Source: a virus
Taxonomy: Duplodnaviria > Caudoviricetes
DNA length: 64,000 nucleotides
Virus record (IMG/VR): IMGVR_UViG_2930666980_000001
Coordinates: 37,758-101,757 of that record
Direction: 5' to 3' (one strand)
Within the stretch, counting starts at the first letter, position 1; the number at the start of each line of letters is the position of its first letter. This document shows, in pieces, positions 28,331 to 37,977 of the stretch. The translations under genes were made by a program, and so were the position numbers. Below the pieces are notes generated by a model. It was not told where the DNA came from, searched no databases, and was given only the letters and a program-made list of their open reading frames with translations.

Positions 28331-29185
28331 ATGCCTGCTGGTCTGCGTCGGTACGTGGAGGCTATCGGCGGTACGCCGTTGCCTCACGGGATTCTCGGCG
28401 CCTCGTGTACGACCATCACCGACGTCACTGAGGACCGGATCCACGAGCTCAACGGCGTGGAGTGGATGGCGCTTGGCTGCTGCCCGGTCCTCGACTGGCC
28501 CGATCCCTGTGAGGTCGACGAGTCGCCGGGGGAGGAGTCGCCGGGCGCCCCGGTGCAGAAGGAGTTCTGTCGTCCGACGACAGAGCACGCCTCGCCGATC
28601 ACCGTGTACGCAGGGGCGGAGTGCTCGACGCTCGGCTGGACGTACGAGGAGGCGAGGGCGCACGCGGAGGCGACTCTCGCCCTCGGTGAGCAGCACGCGC
28701 TCGAGGCCGCGTTCTGGCGGACCAAGCTCGCCGCGGAGGCTGTCGACCTCACGCCGGCAGCGGGGCCGCTCTCCGTCGCCCAGGGTGTGGCTGTCCTCGA
28801 GGGCTGCCTCGCGGAGTCGTACGGCGGCGTCGGCACTCTCCACGTCCCGGCCGGGGCTGCGGCGCTCCTCGGCTGCTGCAACCTCGTCCGCGAGGACCCG
28901 GCGACCGGATCGCTTCGCACCCTCGCGGGTAACTGTGCGGTGATCGGGGCCGGTTACTCCGCGATCAACACGGGGCCGGGCAACCTGCCGGCAGAGCCCG
29001 GCACGGCGTGGCTGTACATCACCGGCCCGCTCGTCATCCGCCGAGGACCGGCCGACACCGTCCCCGGGCAGGCCGGGCCGTCCGTCAACATCCGCACCAA
29101 CGACCGCCGGGTCCTGGTCGAGCGGACCTACGTGGTCGGCACGACGTGCACCGTGTGCGCCGTCCAGATCGAGGTGTGTCCGTGA
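28331..29185 (+). CDS. Probable capsid pentamer protein
   Basis: P.TVYAG.ECST.G..A.L..GEQ.ALE..FW..G.LH..G.GY..WLYITGP..R..N....VER.YVV; follows the hexamer gene. Confidence 0.75.
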   Translation: MPAGLRRYVEAIGGTPLPHGILGASCTTITDVTEDRIHELNGVEWMALGCCPVLDWPDPCEVDESPGEESPGAPVQKEFCRPTTEHASPITVYAGAECSTLGWTYEEARAHAEATLALGEQHALEAAFWRTKLAAEAVDLTPAAGPLSVAQGVAVLEGCLAESYGGVGTLHVPAGAAALLGCCNLVREDPATGSLRTLAGNCAVIGAGYSAINTGPGNLPAEPGTAWLYITGPLVIRRGPADTVPGQAGPSVNIRTNDRRVLVERTYVVGTTCTVCAVQIEVCP

Positions 29186-29754
29186 GCGACATCATCAGCA
29201 TCCAGCCGACCAGGGAGCGCCTCGTCCCCTTCGCTCGCTGGGCGGTCGCCCAGTCGCCGAAGGTTCGGACGGACAGCGTCAACAGCTTCGCCGTGCCGGC
29301 CCATCTCTTCGCCGGCATGCCGGAGGACATCCTCGTCGGCTCCCTCGTCGACGGGCACCGGTACGTCTCCCCGGTCGAGGACGCCCGCATGGGCACCCCG
29401 CCACCGGGCGAGCTGCTCGGTGTCAGCAGGCCGGTCGCAGGTGAGGCGCGGCTCCTCGCCTGCGGCCTGTGCTACGAGGAGGACGGCGAGGAGGTCCACC
29501 CCCATCCCGCCTGCCCGCTGAGCGCCCCTCAGACGGCTGCACTCGAGGCGGTAGCGGGCGACGTACTCCCGGAGGTCCCCGCGTCCGCGTACGGCCCGGA
29601 CAGCGTCCCTCTCCCGCCGTCGGAGCCGAGCGACTCAAGCGACCGAAGCGCGGAAGTCGTCGAAGGGGTCTTCCCCTGCGGCGGCTGCGACAGGGAGTTC
29701 ACCACCGAGCGCGGCAGGGACACCCACTACCGCGCAAAGCACCCGGAGGCGTGA
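29182..29754 (+). CDS. Hypothetical protein with C-terminal C2H2 finger
   Basis: GTGA coupling; FPCGGCDREFTT..G...H....H. Confidence 0.7.
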   Translation: MSDIISIQPTRERLVPFARWAVAQSPKVRTDSVNSFAVPAHLFAGMPEDILVGSLVDGHRYVSPVEDARMGTPPPGELLGVSRPVAGEARLLACGLCYEEDGEEVHPHPACPLSAPQTAALEAVAGDVLPEVPASAYGPDSVPLPPSEPSDSSDRSAEVVEGVFPCGGCDREFTTERGRDTHYRAKHPEA

Positions 29755-29755
29755 C

Positions 29756-32700
29756 GTGGCCGTTGAGCCCCTGCCCTGTGACTCCGGGGGCGGCACCGCC
29801 CCGGTAGAGGTAACGACCTGCTGCGCCCCGTCGATCGCCTCGACACCGCTGTGTCGGCCCGACGGGACGACCGTGCTCCTGGTCGTCCGGTCCGGCTGCG
29901 TCGAGTGCGGCGAGGCCGCCCCGGAGCCGGAGGCGGTCGGCTGGATCGACGCCGCTGACGGCCTGTTCACCGCGGGCCCGCCCCCGGCGGACGTCGGCCC
30001 CTGTGACGCCGGATGCGTCGACACCGTATGCCGGCAGCGCTGCGACGACACCGACGGCGACGGCGAAGCTGACGCCACGTACTCCGAGCTCTGGTGTGTC
30101 CGTATCGACGGGACGGCCGAGCTCGTCCTGACGTACCAGGACGACCCGGCGCAGGAGTACGTACCGGTCTCGCCGGTCGAGTGCGTCTACGGCTCGCAGG
30201 AGACGGAGACCGTCCCCCTCTGCGACACCGCCCCGGACGGGACGGTGACGGCGTTCCTGCGGCGGTACACGTTCCTGAACGGGACGGCGACGTACGAGGA
30301 CGTCGCTCTCGACGGGCAGACACCGCACGTCGTGGCCGGCACGGTCGGCCTGTGTGACACCGCCGACTCCTGCGCGGAGCCGACGACCCCGGCCGCGACG
30401 CTCGGACTCTGCCTCGCGGACGGCACACCGATCGCCGTGGTGGTCACCCGCGACTGCGACGGGACGGTTACCCAGGACGGATGGCTCAACCTCATCACCG
30501 GCACGTACGCGGCCGGGGGGCCGCCGGTCGGGACGATGGCGTGCGGCAACCCGCGCAGCATCACGACGGCCGGCACGTTCTGCGACGTCGACCCGGGCAC
30601 GGGCGACGTCCTCGGCCTGGTCCTGATTGAGTACACCTACGGGGCGGACGGGTCGGTCGACTCCGTGCGCCTGGTCGACGCCGTCACCGGGACGACCTAC
30701 ACCCCGGCCGGTGAGGTGACGACGTGCCCGGCCGGGGTCGAGCAGCCCGAGCGCGACGTGATCCAGCTCTGCGACACCGCCCCCAGTGGCGAGGTGACCG
30801 AGTTCGTCCGCGACTACGTCCGCGATGAGGCCGGGGCGATCACCGGGCACTCCGACTACGGCCTGGATGGCGCGCCCTACACCCCGGCCGGGGCGGTCGG
30901 CCGGTGCGTCCAGAACTGCCACGACTGCACGACCGCCGTCCTGTGCGACCTGCCCGACTCGGCGGCGACCGCCCCCGTCCTCGACCCGGCGTCCACGAAC
31001 AACGACGGCGCCCATTCGGGAGTTGCGGCGAACGGCGTCGGCTGGTCCGTGTCCGGCGGCCGTGGGGGCAGCGACCCGGCGAACTGGTGGTCCGTCGTCT
31101 TCTTCCCGGGCACGGGCGGGAACTTCGTCCTCACCCTGACCCGGCCCGTCGCCGTCACCTGGGGCGTGCGGCTCGGCCTCACGGCGACGAACGCCCTCGG
31201 CACCCTGACGATGCCTGTCGGGTCGGTCGCGACGTACGTACACCCGCTGCACACCTGGAACCCGGCCACCCGCACCCTGACGGCGAAGGTCGGTGCGAGC
31301 GTCTCCAACACGGCGCACACGTCGACGTTCGCGCACTCCGGGCCGCTCACCGCGCTCCAGTTCTCCGGCCCTTCCAGCGGCCTCCAGACCTCCGCGCGGA
31401 AGGTCGGCGACTTCCAGATCACGCCGGTCGAGCAGCCGTTCCTCCGGACGACGTGCCGGGACTGCGCCGGGGACGTCACCACGATCACCAACACCCGGTT
31501 GGACGGCGCCACCGCCTACACGCCGCTCGGCACGGTCGGGGTGTGCAGCGCCGCCCCTGACGAGCAGTGCGTGCCCGTGCCGTTGGGGGAGGTCTGCTAC
31601 TCGCCCGCCCTGACGTCGGCGACCCTGTCCCTGGGGACGGCCGTCGACGGCACGTGGCAGCAGGCGACGAGCCCCACCCCGGTCTCTGCTCCGGCGACGC
31701 TGACCTACGCTCCGGCGCCGGTCGGCGTCCCGGTTTCGACCGCCGGGGTCGGCCCGGTCACCGGGGAGGCCCGCGCGGGCCTGGGGACCGCCCTGGGCGA
31801 CACGGCGCTCGGATTCTCCTACCTGCGCCGACAGTTCACGACCACGAGCGCGATCACCGCGGTTGCCCTGGCCGCGACGGCCGACGACCGGCCTCATCGC
31901 ATCTGGCTGGACGGCGTCGTCGTCGCGGACTACTCCGTCACCCCGGGGAGCCCGAGCCTCAGCGACCCGAACGCGCACAACCAGAGCTGGAGCCCGGTCA
32001 CCAACGCGGCCGTGAACCTGCCCGCCGGGGCGCACACCCTGTTCTACGAGTGGGCGAGCCACGGAGGCCCCACCAGAGAGTGGGGGGCCCTCGACGTCCG
32101 GCTCACGCTCAACGAGCGGGCCCCGTCCGCCCGCGCGCAGAGCGTCCAGCACTGCGACGGCACGAAGACGCTAATCGATATCGAGACCGGGCTGACCGTG
32201 CCCGCGACGGCCACGCTCGTGGCCTGCCCCGACGACAGCGGCAGCGCCGCGTGCTGCCCGGAGGCGGAGGTCGTCCAACTCTGCGACACCGACGATGCCG
32301 GCACGGTCGTCGCGTTCCTCCGGCACGTCACCTACGAGGGCGGGGTGCCGGCGTCCTCGACGGACACGGCGCTGGACGGCATCACCCCGTACACGCCCGT
32401 GGGCACCGTCGGGAGATGCCCCGCCGAGGAGGCGTGCCCGGTCGTCCAGGTACTGACCGAGTGCCGGTGCGACGACGCGGACGGTGACGGCCTGGCCGAT
32501 ACCGACTACGTCGAGCTGCTGGCCCTGGGCTGCGACGGCGCTATCACCACCCTGGGCACGTACACCCCGGGCCTCGACGCCCCGTACACCCCGGTCGCCC
32601 CGATCGACTGCGCGGAGAGCGACGCGGGCGCAGAGGACGTCATCGGCGTCCAGGCGCGCCGCGTCGAGCTGGCCGCCGGGGCGACGTGGGACGCGGGCGC

Positions 32701-32908
32701 CTGGCCGACGCTCCAGTCCGTCACGGCCATTGCCCACGGAGGGACGGGCACCGTCACAACCGCTGACGGCCCGAGCACCCTCCACACCGGGGAGGCGGCC
32801 ACTTGGTCCGTCGCCCGGCCTGCCGACGCCCTGCTGACCGGCCCTCTCACCATCACGGCGGACACGGGCACCGTCACCCTCTCGTACACGATCGGAGTCA
32901 CGCTGTGA
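29756..32908 (+). CDS. Large Cys-rich modular repeat protein A (putative virion decoration/fibre)
   Basis: Repeated LCD..F.R..LDG..YTP.GTVG.C modules; located between capsid and tail genes. Confidence 0.8.
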   Translation: MAVEPLPCDSGGGTAPVEVTTCCAPSIASTPLCRPDGTTVLLVVRSGCVECGEAAPEPEAVGWIDAADGLFTAGPPPADVGPCDAGCVDTVCRQRCDDTDGDGEADATYSELWCVRIDGTAELVLTYQDDPAQEYVPVSPVECVYGSQETETVPLCDTAPDGTVTAFLRRYTFLNGTATYEDVALDGQTPHVVAGTVGLCDTADSCAEPTTPAATLGLCLADGTPIAVVVTRDCDGTVTQDGWLNLITGTYAAGGPPVGTMACGNPRSITTAGTFCDVDPGTGDVLGLVLIEYTYGADGSVDSVRLVDAVTGTTYTPAGEVTTCPAGVEQPERDVIQLCDTAPSGEVTEFVRDYVRDEAGAITGHSDYGLDGAPYTPAGAVGRCVQNCHDCTTAVLCDLPDSAATAPVLDPASTNNDGAHSGVAANGVGWSVSGGRGGSDPANWWSVVFFPGTGGNFVLTLTRPVAVTWGVRLGLTATNALGTLTMPVGSVATYVHPLHTWNPATRTLTAKVGASVSNTAHTSTFAHSGPLTALQFSGPSSGLQTSARKVGDFQITPVEQPFLRTTCRDCAGDVTTITNTRLDGATAYTPLGTVGVCSAAPDEQCVPVPLGEVCYSPALTSATLSLGTAVDGTWQQATSPTPVSAPATLTYAPAPVGVPVSTAGVGPVTGEARAGLGTALGDTALGFSYLRRQFTTTSAITAVALAATADDRPHRIWLDGVVVADYSVTPGSPSLSDPNAHNQSWSPVTNAAVNLPAGAHTLFYEWASHGGPTREWGALDVRLTLNERAPSARAQSVQHCDGTKTLIDIETGLTVPATATLVACPDDSGSAACCPEAEVVQLCDTDDAGTVVAFLRHVTYEGGVPASSTDTALDGITPYTPVGTVGRCPAEEACPVVQVLTECRCDDADGDGLADTDYVELLALGCDGAITTLGTYTPGLDAPYTPVAPIDCAESDAGAEDVIGVQARRVELAAGATWDAGAWPTLQSVTAIAHGGTGTVTTADGPSTLHTGEAATWSVARPADALLTGPLTITADTGTVTLSYTIGVTL

Positions 32909-35900
32909 GCGGATGCTGCGGGCAGGGGCCCGTCATCGTCTCCGGGGCCGCCGCCACGCCCCGGGTCGACGTGGAGACCGTCCTCCTCTGCGATGTCCTG
33001 CCGGACGGCACGGTCGCCGGGGTCGCCCTCACCGAGGGCATCTACGACACGATCAGCGGCGCCCGGGTCGGCACCAGGACCGTCGACCCGGCGACCGGCG
33101 ACCCGTACACGCCGACGGGGACACTCGGCCCGTGCTCGCCGGACGGCTGCAACGCCACCACGGCCGCCCTCGTGCTGTGCGACACGGCCACCGACGGCAC
33201 GGCCACGACGTTCGTCCGGACCACGACGTACGACTGCGAGGGCGCCATCCTCGGCACCCTCGACCGCGACCTCGACGGAGCCGCGTACACCCCGGCCGGG
33301 ACCGTCGGCGTCTGCCCGGCCGTCCCGGACTGTGAGTCGCCGACCACGCCCACCGCCACGATCGGCCTGTGCCTGCCCGACGGCACACCGATCGCGGTAA
33401 CGGTCGTACGGGACTGCGAGGGCGTCGTCACCTCCGAGGGCTGGATCAACCTGACCACGGGGGCGTTCAGCGCGGGCGCGCCGCCGGTCGGTACCGTCGC
33501 CTGCGGAGACTCCCGGTCCGTGCAGGTATCCGGGACGTTCTGCGACGTCGACGGTGCCGGCGAAGTCGTCGGCCTGGTCCTCATCGAGTACAGCTACGCC
33601 GCCGACGGCGCGATCGACTCCGTGCGCCTGGTCGACGCCGCCACCGGGGACACCTACGTGCCCGTCGGGGAGATCACGACCTGTCCGGCCGGGACGGCCC
33701 AGCCGGAGCAGGACATCGTCCAGCTCTGCGACGTCGCCGGGGACGGCACCTCGACGCCGTTCGTCCGGGACTACCGGCGCGACGAGCTCGGCGCGATCAG
33801 CGGCCACTCCGACTACCTCCTTGACGGCACCGCGTACGTGCCGGCCGGGACCGTCGGCATCTGCCAGGAACCGCCCTGCCGTTCCTCGACCACGCTGTCC
33901 CTGTGCGACACCTCTCCGGTCGACGTCGGGGACCAGGTGACGGCGACGGTGACGGACCCGACGCCGTACTTCCAGACCGGCGACGGCGTCACCAAGCTGG
34001 TCGTGCTGGCCGACCCGCAACCGTTCTTCGACGGCAGCCCGATCACCGTGGACGGGCCGCCCGGAGGGGAGACGACCGCCGACCCGACGCACCGGTACAC
34101 CGCGGCGGTCCTGGCCCTCCCGGAGGGCACGTGCCCGCCGTGCGGGGACTGGCCAGACACTATGACGCTGACCGTCGCCGCCACGGTGACGAACAACGGG
34201 CCCGCGGTCGGCCAGGGCGTCACCGGCCGGTTCACGCTCCTCAACGGGACCACGGTCCTCGACTCCAACCAGATCACGGCGACACCGGTCGGGGGCACCG
34301 GCGCGTTCAGCGTGACGGCCGACGTCTCCCGGGCGGACCTCCTCGCGGGCACCGTCGTGATCGAGATGGACCTGGAGACGAAGCACCAGGGGCTCAAGGC
34401 ATGGACCGCCCAGGACTTCGCGGTCACCCTGGAGTTCGAGCAGACCGGTTGCGGAACGGCATTCCTGCGGACGATCCGCCGGGACTGTGCAACCGGTGAG
34501 CTGGTCGACGTCCTCGACACCGACTATGACGGGCAGCCGTACACCCCGGTCGGAGAGGTCGCCTCCTGCGCCACCCGCACCCCGGGCTCCTGCGGACAGG
34601 CCGACTGCCCGACGACCAGCGTGCAGACCACCCGCCTGTGCGACCTGGACCCGACCGTCGAGGCGGACGAGGAGGGTCGGCGCTGCGCCGTCCCCTTCCT
34701 CCGCCACCTCGCCTACGACTGCGACGGGGCGCTCCTCGGCTTCCACGACACCGGCCTCGACGGCACCACCCCGTACACGCCGGTCCAGGTCGTGGACTGC
34801 CAGTGCACCAGCGGCGCGGGTCTCACCTCCACGATCGAGGTGCCGTGGCAGGTCGTCAGCGTCATCGAAGACCCTGCCGGCGTGGCCCGGCAGGACTTCA
34901 TTTACACCGTCTCGCCGGAGAACGATCCTTCCCGGGTCGGCACCATTCGCGTGCACGTCTCCCGCGCGGCCGGTGCGCCCTGCGGCGCGTACAACATCAA
35001 CGCCCTGACGTTCTCGAACACCTCGGCCTACACGCTCACCCTGGACGAGGTCGCCCAGGAGATGAGCTACCTCCGTGTCGACCTGGTCGACTTCGACACC
35101 TTCGAGCCGGTCGGTATCAACTCCGGGATGCCTGCCCCGAGCCGTCTCGGCGGTACCGCCGGATGGAACTCGGCCCATACCCGGATCGTCCCGGCCGAGA
35201 ACGACGGGACCGGCTACCTGTACTGGGACAACCCTCCGGCCCAGGTCGGTTGGACCGTCTTCAACACCGGCGGAGGCGTCTCCTGCTCCGCGCTCTCCTT
35301 CCAGGGGATGACGGTGGAGCCCGGAGGGTGCTGCGGCGGGAGCAGCGACGCCACCGGGTGCGGCGACTGCGACACGATCGCCCTGTGCGACGTCCCCGCC
35401 GACGGGGGCGGCACGGTCTCCTTCCTGCGGCACATCTGCCGCGACTGCGCGGGGGCCGTCACCGCCGTCACCGACACCGCCCTCGACGGGACCACCCCGT
35501 ACACCCCGACCGGCACCGTAAGGGACTGCGGCGCGGTCGGGGACTGCCCGACGTCGTACAGCACAGAGTGCTGGTCGGCGGCGTCGGCTCAGGCGTCCTA
35601 CGACAACACCCGGGGCAACTGCGGCGGGATCGACCCCGGGTCGATGGGGACATGCGCGGGGAACTGGCGGATCTCCTCGTGGATCATCGACGGGGCCGAG
35701 CAGATCACCGGGGCCCCGGCCCAGTTCGTGGCCAATGGGTGCGGCGGGGCGGCGGGTCAGTTCCACGCTGAGTGGGCTACCGCGCTCGGTGTGCTTGACC
35801 CGTCCTCGACGTGGGAGCCCGCTTACAACGGGTCGTGCCTGTTCTTCATCCGTACGTCGAGCATGGACCCGGACCGGGTGTACGGGTCCATGACCGTCTA

Positions 35901-36369
35901 CCGCACCGAGGCGCCCGCGCAGGTCTACACGCTCACCCCGGTCGCCTCCCGGACGGAGGTGTCGTTCACGAAGCGGTTCACGCAGGAGTGCGACGGCACG
36001 ACGAGCGTGACGTGGCTGGACGCGGACGGCGTCGAGATCGAGGAGCCGGAAGGCGACCTGACGTTCTGCGGGGCGACCGACCCGACGGGCCCGGATGCAG
36101 GGGTCGTCAGCACCGGCGTGCGGGCTGTGACCGGCACGGCGCCCCAGGACCTCGTCGCCGAGTTCGCGGGCCTCCAGAGCATCAGCCTGGCCGTCCTCGC
36201 CGGCACGGTCGAGACGACCATGACCGACGGCACCGCGGTGACCATCCCGGCCGGGGTCACCCTCACGTGGTCCGTGGCCAAGGACACCGATACCGCCCTC
36301 GCCGCGGCCTCCTTCGCCGGGGCCGACGCCTCCGCCTCCTACCTCCTGAACTGGACGTACCTGTCATGA
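32905..36369 (+). CDS. Large Cys-rich modular repeat protein B
   Basis: Same modules as protein A, including a long paralogous block; GTGA coupling. Confidence 0.8.
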   Translation: MSGCCGQGPVIVSGAAATPRVDVETVLLCDVLPDGTVAGVALTEGIYDTISGARVGTRTVDPATGDPYTPTGTLGPCSPDGCNATTAALVLCDTATDGTATTFVRTTTYDCEGAILGTLDRDLDGAAYTPAGTVGVCPAVPDCESPTTPTATIGLCLPDGTPIAVTVVRDCEGVVTSEGWINLTTGAFSAGAPPVGTVACGDSRSVQVSGTFCDVDGAGEVVGLVLIEYSYAADGAIDSVRLVDAATGDTYVPVGEITTCPAGTAQPEQDIVQLCDVAGDGTSTPFVRDYRRDELGAISGHSDYLLDGTAYVPAGTVGICQEPPCRSSTTLSLCDTSPVDVGDQVTATVTDPTPYFQTGDGVTKLVVLADPQPFFDGSPITVDGPPGGETTADPTHRYTAAVLALPEGTCPPCGDWPDTMTLTVAATVTNNGPAVGQGVTGRFTLLNGTTVLDSNQITATPVGGTGAFSVTADVSRADLLAGTVVIEMDLETKHQGLKAWTAQDFAVTLEFEQTGCGTAFLRTIRRDCATGELVDVLDTDYDGQPYTPVGEVASCATRTPGSCGQADCPTTSVQTTRLCDLDPTVEADEEGRRCAVPFLRHLAYDCDGALLGFHDTGLDGTTPYTPVQVVDCQCTSGAGLTSTIEVPWQVVSVIEDPAGVARQDFIYTVSPENDPSRVGTIRVHVSRAAGAPCGAYNINALTFSNTSAYTLTLDEVAQEMSYLRVDLVDFDTFEPVGINSGMPAPSRLGGTAGWNSAHTRIVPAENDGTGYLYWDNPPAQVGWTVFNTGGGVSCSALSFQGMTVEPGGCCGGSSDATGCGDCDTIALCDVPADGGGTVSFLRHICRDCAGAVTAVTDTALDGTTPYTPTGTVRDCGAVGDCPTSYSTECWSAASAQASYDNTRGNCGGIDPGSMGTCAGNWRISSWIIDGAEQITGAPAQFVANGCGGAAGQFHAEWATALGVLDPSSTWEPAYNGSCLFFIRTSSMDPDRVYGSMTVYRTEAPAQVYTLTPVASRTEVSFTKRFTQECDGTTSVTWLDADGVEIEEPEGDLTFCGATDPTGPDAGVVSTGVRAVTGTAPQDLVAEFAGLQSISLAVLAGTVETTMTDGTAVTIPAGVTLTWSVAKDTDTALAAASFAGADASASYLLNWTYLS

Positions 36370-37046
36370 GTGGAACGAACGCCGGAATCGGCACCGTGAC
36401 CGCCGCTGCGGCGGTCACGGTCGACCCCGCGCCCTGTAACGCCCTCACGGAGACCTCTGCCGGTCTCCTCGTCCCCTCTACGGCCCTTGCCGGTGTCGCC
36501 GGGGCCGGTGCGCCGGTCGGCTCCGGGCGGTCCGTGAGCGTTGACGTGCTCGCCCCGGCCGGTGCGGACTGTCCCGCCGAGTGGGAGATCGGGGCGCGGC
36601 TCGCACCGCCCTTCGGGGAGGTGATCCTCGACCAGTTCGTGAACCTCGTGAGCACCGCCAGCGGGGCGTGGATCAACAGCGGCATGGCGGTGGACCTCCC
36701 CGCGGCCGGTGTGTATGAGGTCAGCGCCACGCTGCACACCGTCATCGCTACCAACCCGTCGAGCGGTGCGTTCAACATCGCGATCGTCGGACGGCTCTGG
36801 AACGTGACGGGCAACGCGGCCATCCCGGACGGCCAGTACACCGTCCAGCAGACCGCCAGCAACAGCACCCCGACGACCCTGACCTCCGATGCGGACGTGT
36901 GCACGTTCCACAAGTTCGTCACGACGACCGGGCCGATGAGGATCCGACTGGAGGTCGCCCGGGTCAACACGTCCGGCACTCCCGTGGCGACTACCGGCCT
37001 CCAGACCCTGACCAGCCGCCTCGCCTTCAAGAAGATCAGCGACTAG
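36366..37046 (+). CDS. Putative virion protein with C-terminal beta-sandwich (BclA-C/C1q-like)
   Basis: ATGA coupling; LPAAGVYEVSA motif; Thr/Ala/Gly-rich. Confidence 0.7.
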   Translation: MSGTNAGIGTVTAAAAVTVDPAPCNALTETSAGLLVPSTALAGVAGAGAPVGSGRSVSVDVLAPAGADCPAEWEIGARLAPPFGEVILDQFVNLVSTASGAWINSGMAVDLPAAGVYEVSATLHTVIATNPSSGAFNIAIVGRLWNVTGNAAIPDGQYTVQQTASNSTPTTLTSDADVCTFHKFVTTTGPMRIRLEVARVNTSGTPVATTGLQTLTSRLAFKKISD

Positions 37047-37107
37047 GACGGGGCGCCCGTCGCCTGTGCGGCGGCCCCCGGCCGGTCCAGCCCCCAGGAG
37101 GTACCTC

Positions 37108-37575
37108 ATGTCCGGTACGAACGGCAGCGTCGCTATCGCGCGCCCCGACAACGAGTACGACGTCCTCTGTGACGACGTCGCCCAGTTCCTCCGCCGGTAC
37201 ACCACGGAGGACGGTGCACCGGTCACCACCGACACGGAGCTCGACGGCATCACGCCGTACGCGCCGACCGGCGTCGTCCACCGCTGCGAGGACGCCGCCA
37301 CGGCGAACCCGGCGCTGGGCTCGACGATCCAGCGGCAGACCGGCGCCGGGACCGTCACGGTCACCGCGGGGGCCCGGTCCGTGACGGTCAACGTCTACGC
37401 CGGAGCGCCGACCGTCGCGATCGGCGGCGGCACTGCGGTCGCGCTCCCGGCCGGCACGTCGCTGTCCTGGTCGGTCGACCGTGGCGGCGACACGGGGGAG
37501 AGCCTGGCAGGCGCCTTCGTGTTCACCGGGGCGGCTGGGCACGACTTCATCGTCACCAGCACCCGCGAGGCGTAG
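37108..37575 (+). CDS. Minimal member of the Cys-module family
   Basis: One LCD..FLR..LDGITPYAPTG.V..C module plus the shared C-terminal L.AG...WSV domain; AGGAGG SD. Confidence 0.8.
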   Translation: MSGTNGSVAIARPDNEYDVLCDDVAQFLRRYTTEDGAPVTTDTELDGITPYAPTGVVHRCEDAATANPALGSTIQRQTGAGTVTVTAGARSVTVNVYAGAPTVAIGGGTAVALPAGTSLSWSVDRGGDTGESLAGAFVFTGAAGHDFIVTSTREA

Positions 37576-37596
37576 CGGTCGGAGGACGGACGACCG

Positions 37597-37902
37597 ATGC
37601 CCACGAGAGGCCACTACACGCCGATCTCCGGCCGCGTCGAGCGCGCGACCGGGATCACCGACGCCGCGGGGAACGTGACGGTCAACTGGCCGGCAGGGAC
37701 GTTCTCCGTCCCTCCGGTCGTGACCGTCGCACTCCAGGGCGCGGCGGGCTTCCGGTCGTCCACGGTCACCGCGAACAGCGCCACGGCGACGACGGTCAAC
37801 GTCCTGGGCGCGCCGGTCGTCTCGCTGCTCGGCATCAACATCCTCGCTGCGTCCGTGGCGGCTGCCGGCATCACCGTGCACGTCCACGCCACGGCGCCCT
37901 GA
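37597..37902 (+). CDS. Small beta-rich virion-type protein
   Basis: GGAGG SD; TV.WP..F..PPVV.V resembling gp53/H-lectin-like tips. Confidence 0.65.
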   Translation: MPTRGHYTPISGRVERATGITDAAGNVTVNWPAGTFSVPPVVTVALQGAAGFRSSTVTANSATATTVNVLGAPVVSLLGINILAASVAAAGITVHVHATAP

Positions 37903-37917
37903 CGGGGCCAGCCATAC

Positions 37918-37953
37918 CTAGACTCAAAGACGCCGCTGGTTGTGGGCCGGGCG
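37918..37953 (+). promoter_or_regulatory. -10 box plus leader hairpin motif (copy 4)
   Basis: TAGACT then CGCCGCTGGTTGTGGGCCGGGCG (37931-37953). Confidence 0.8.
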
Positions 37954-37977
37954 ACTCCTCCACACAAGGAGCCTGCC

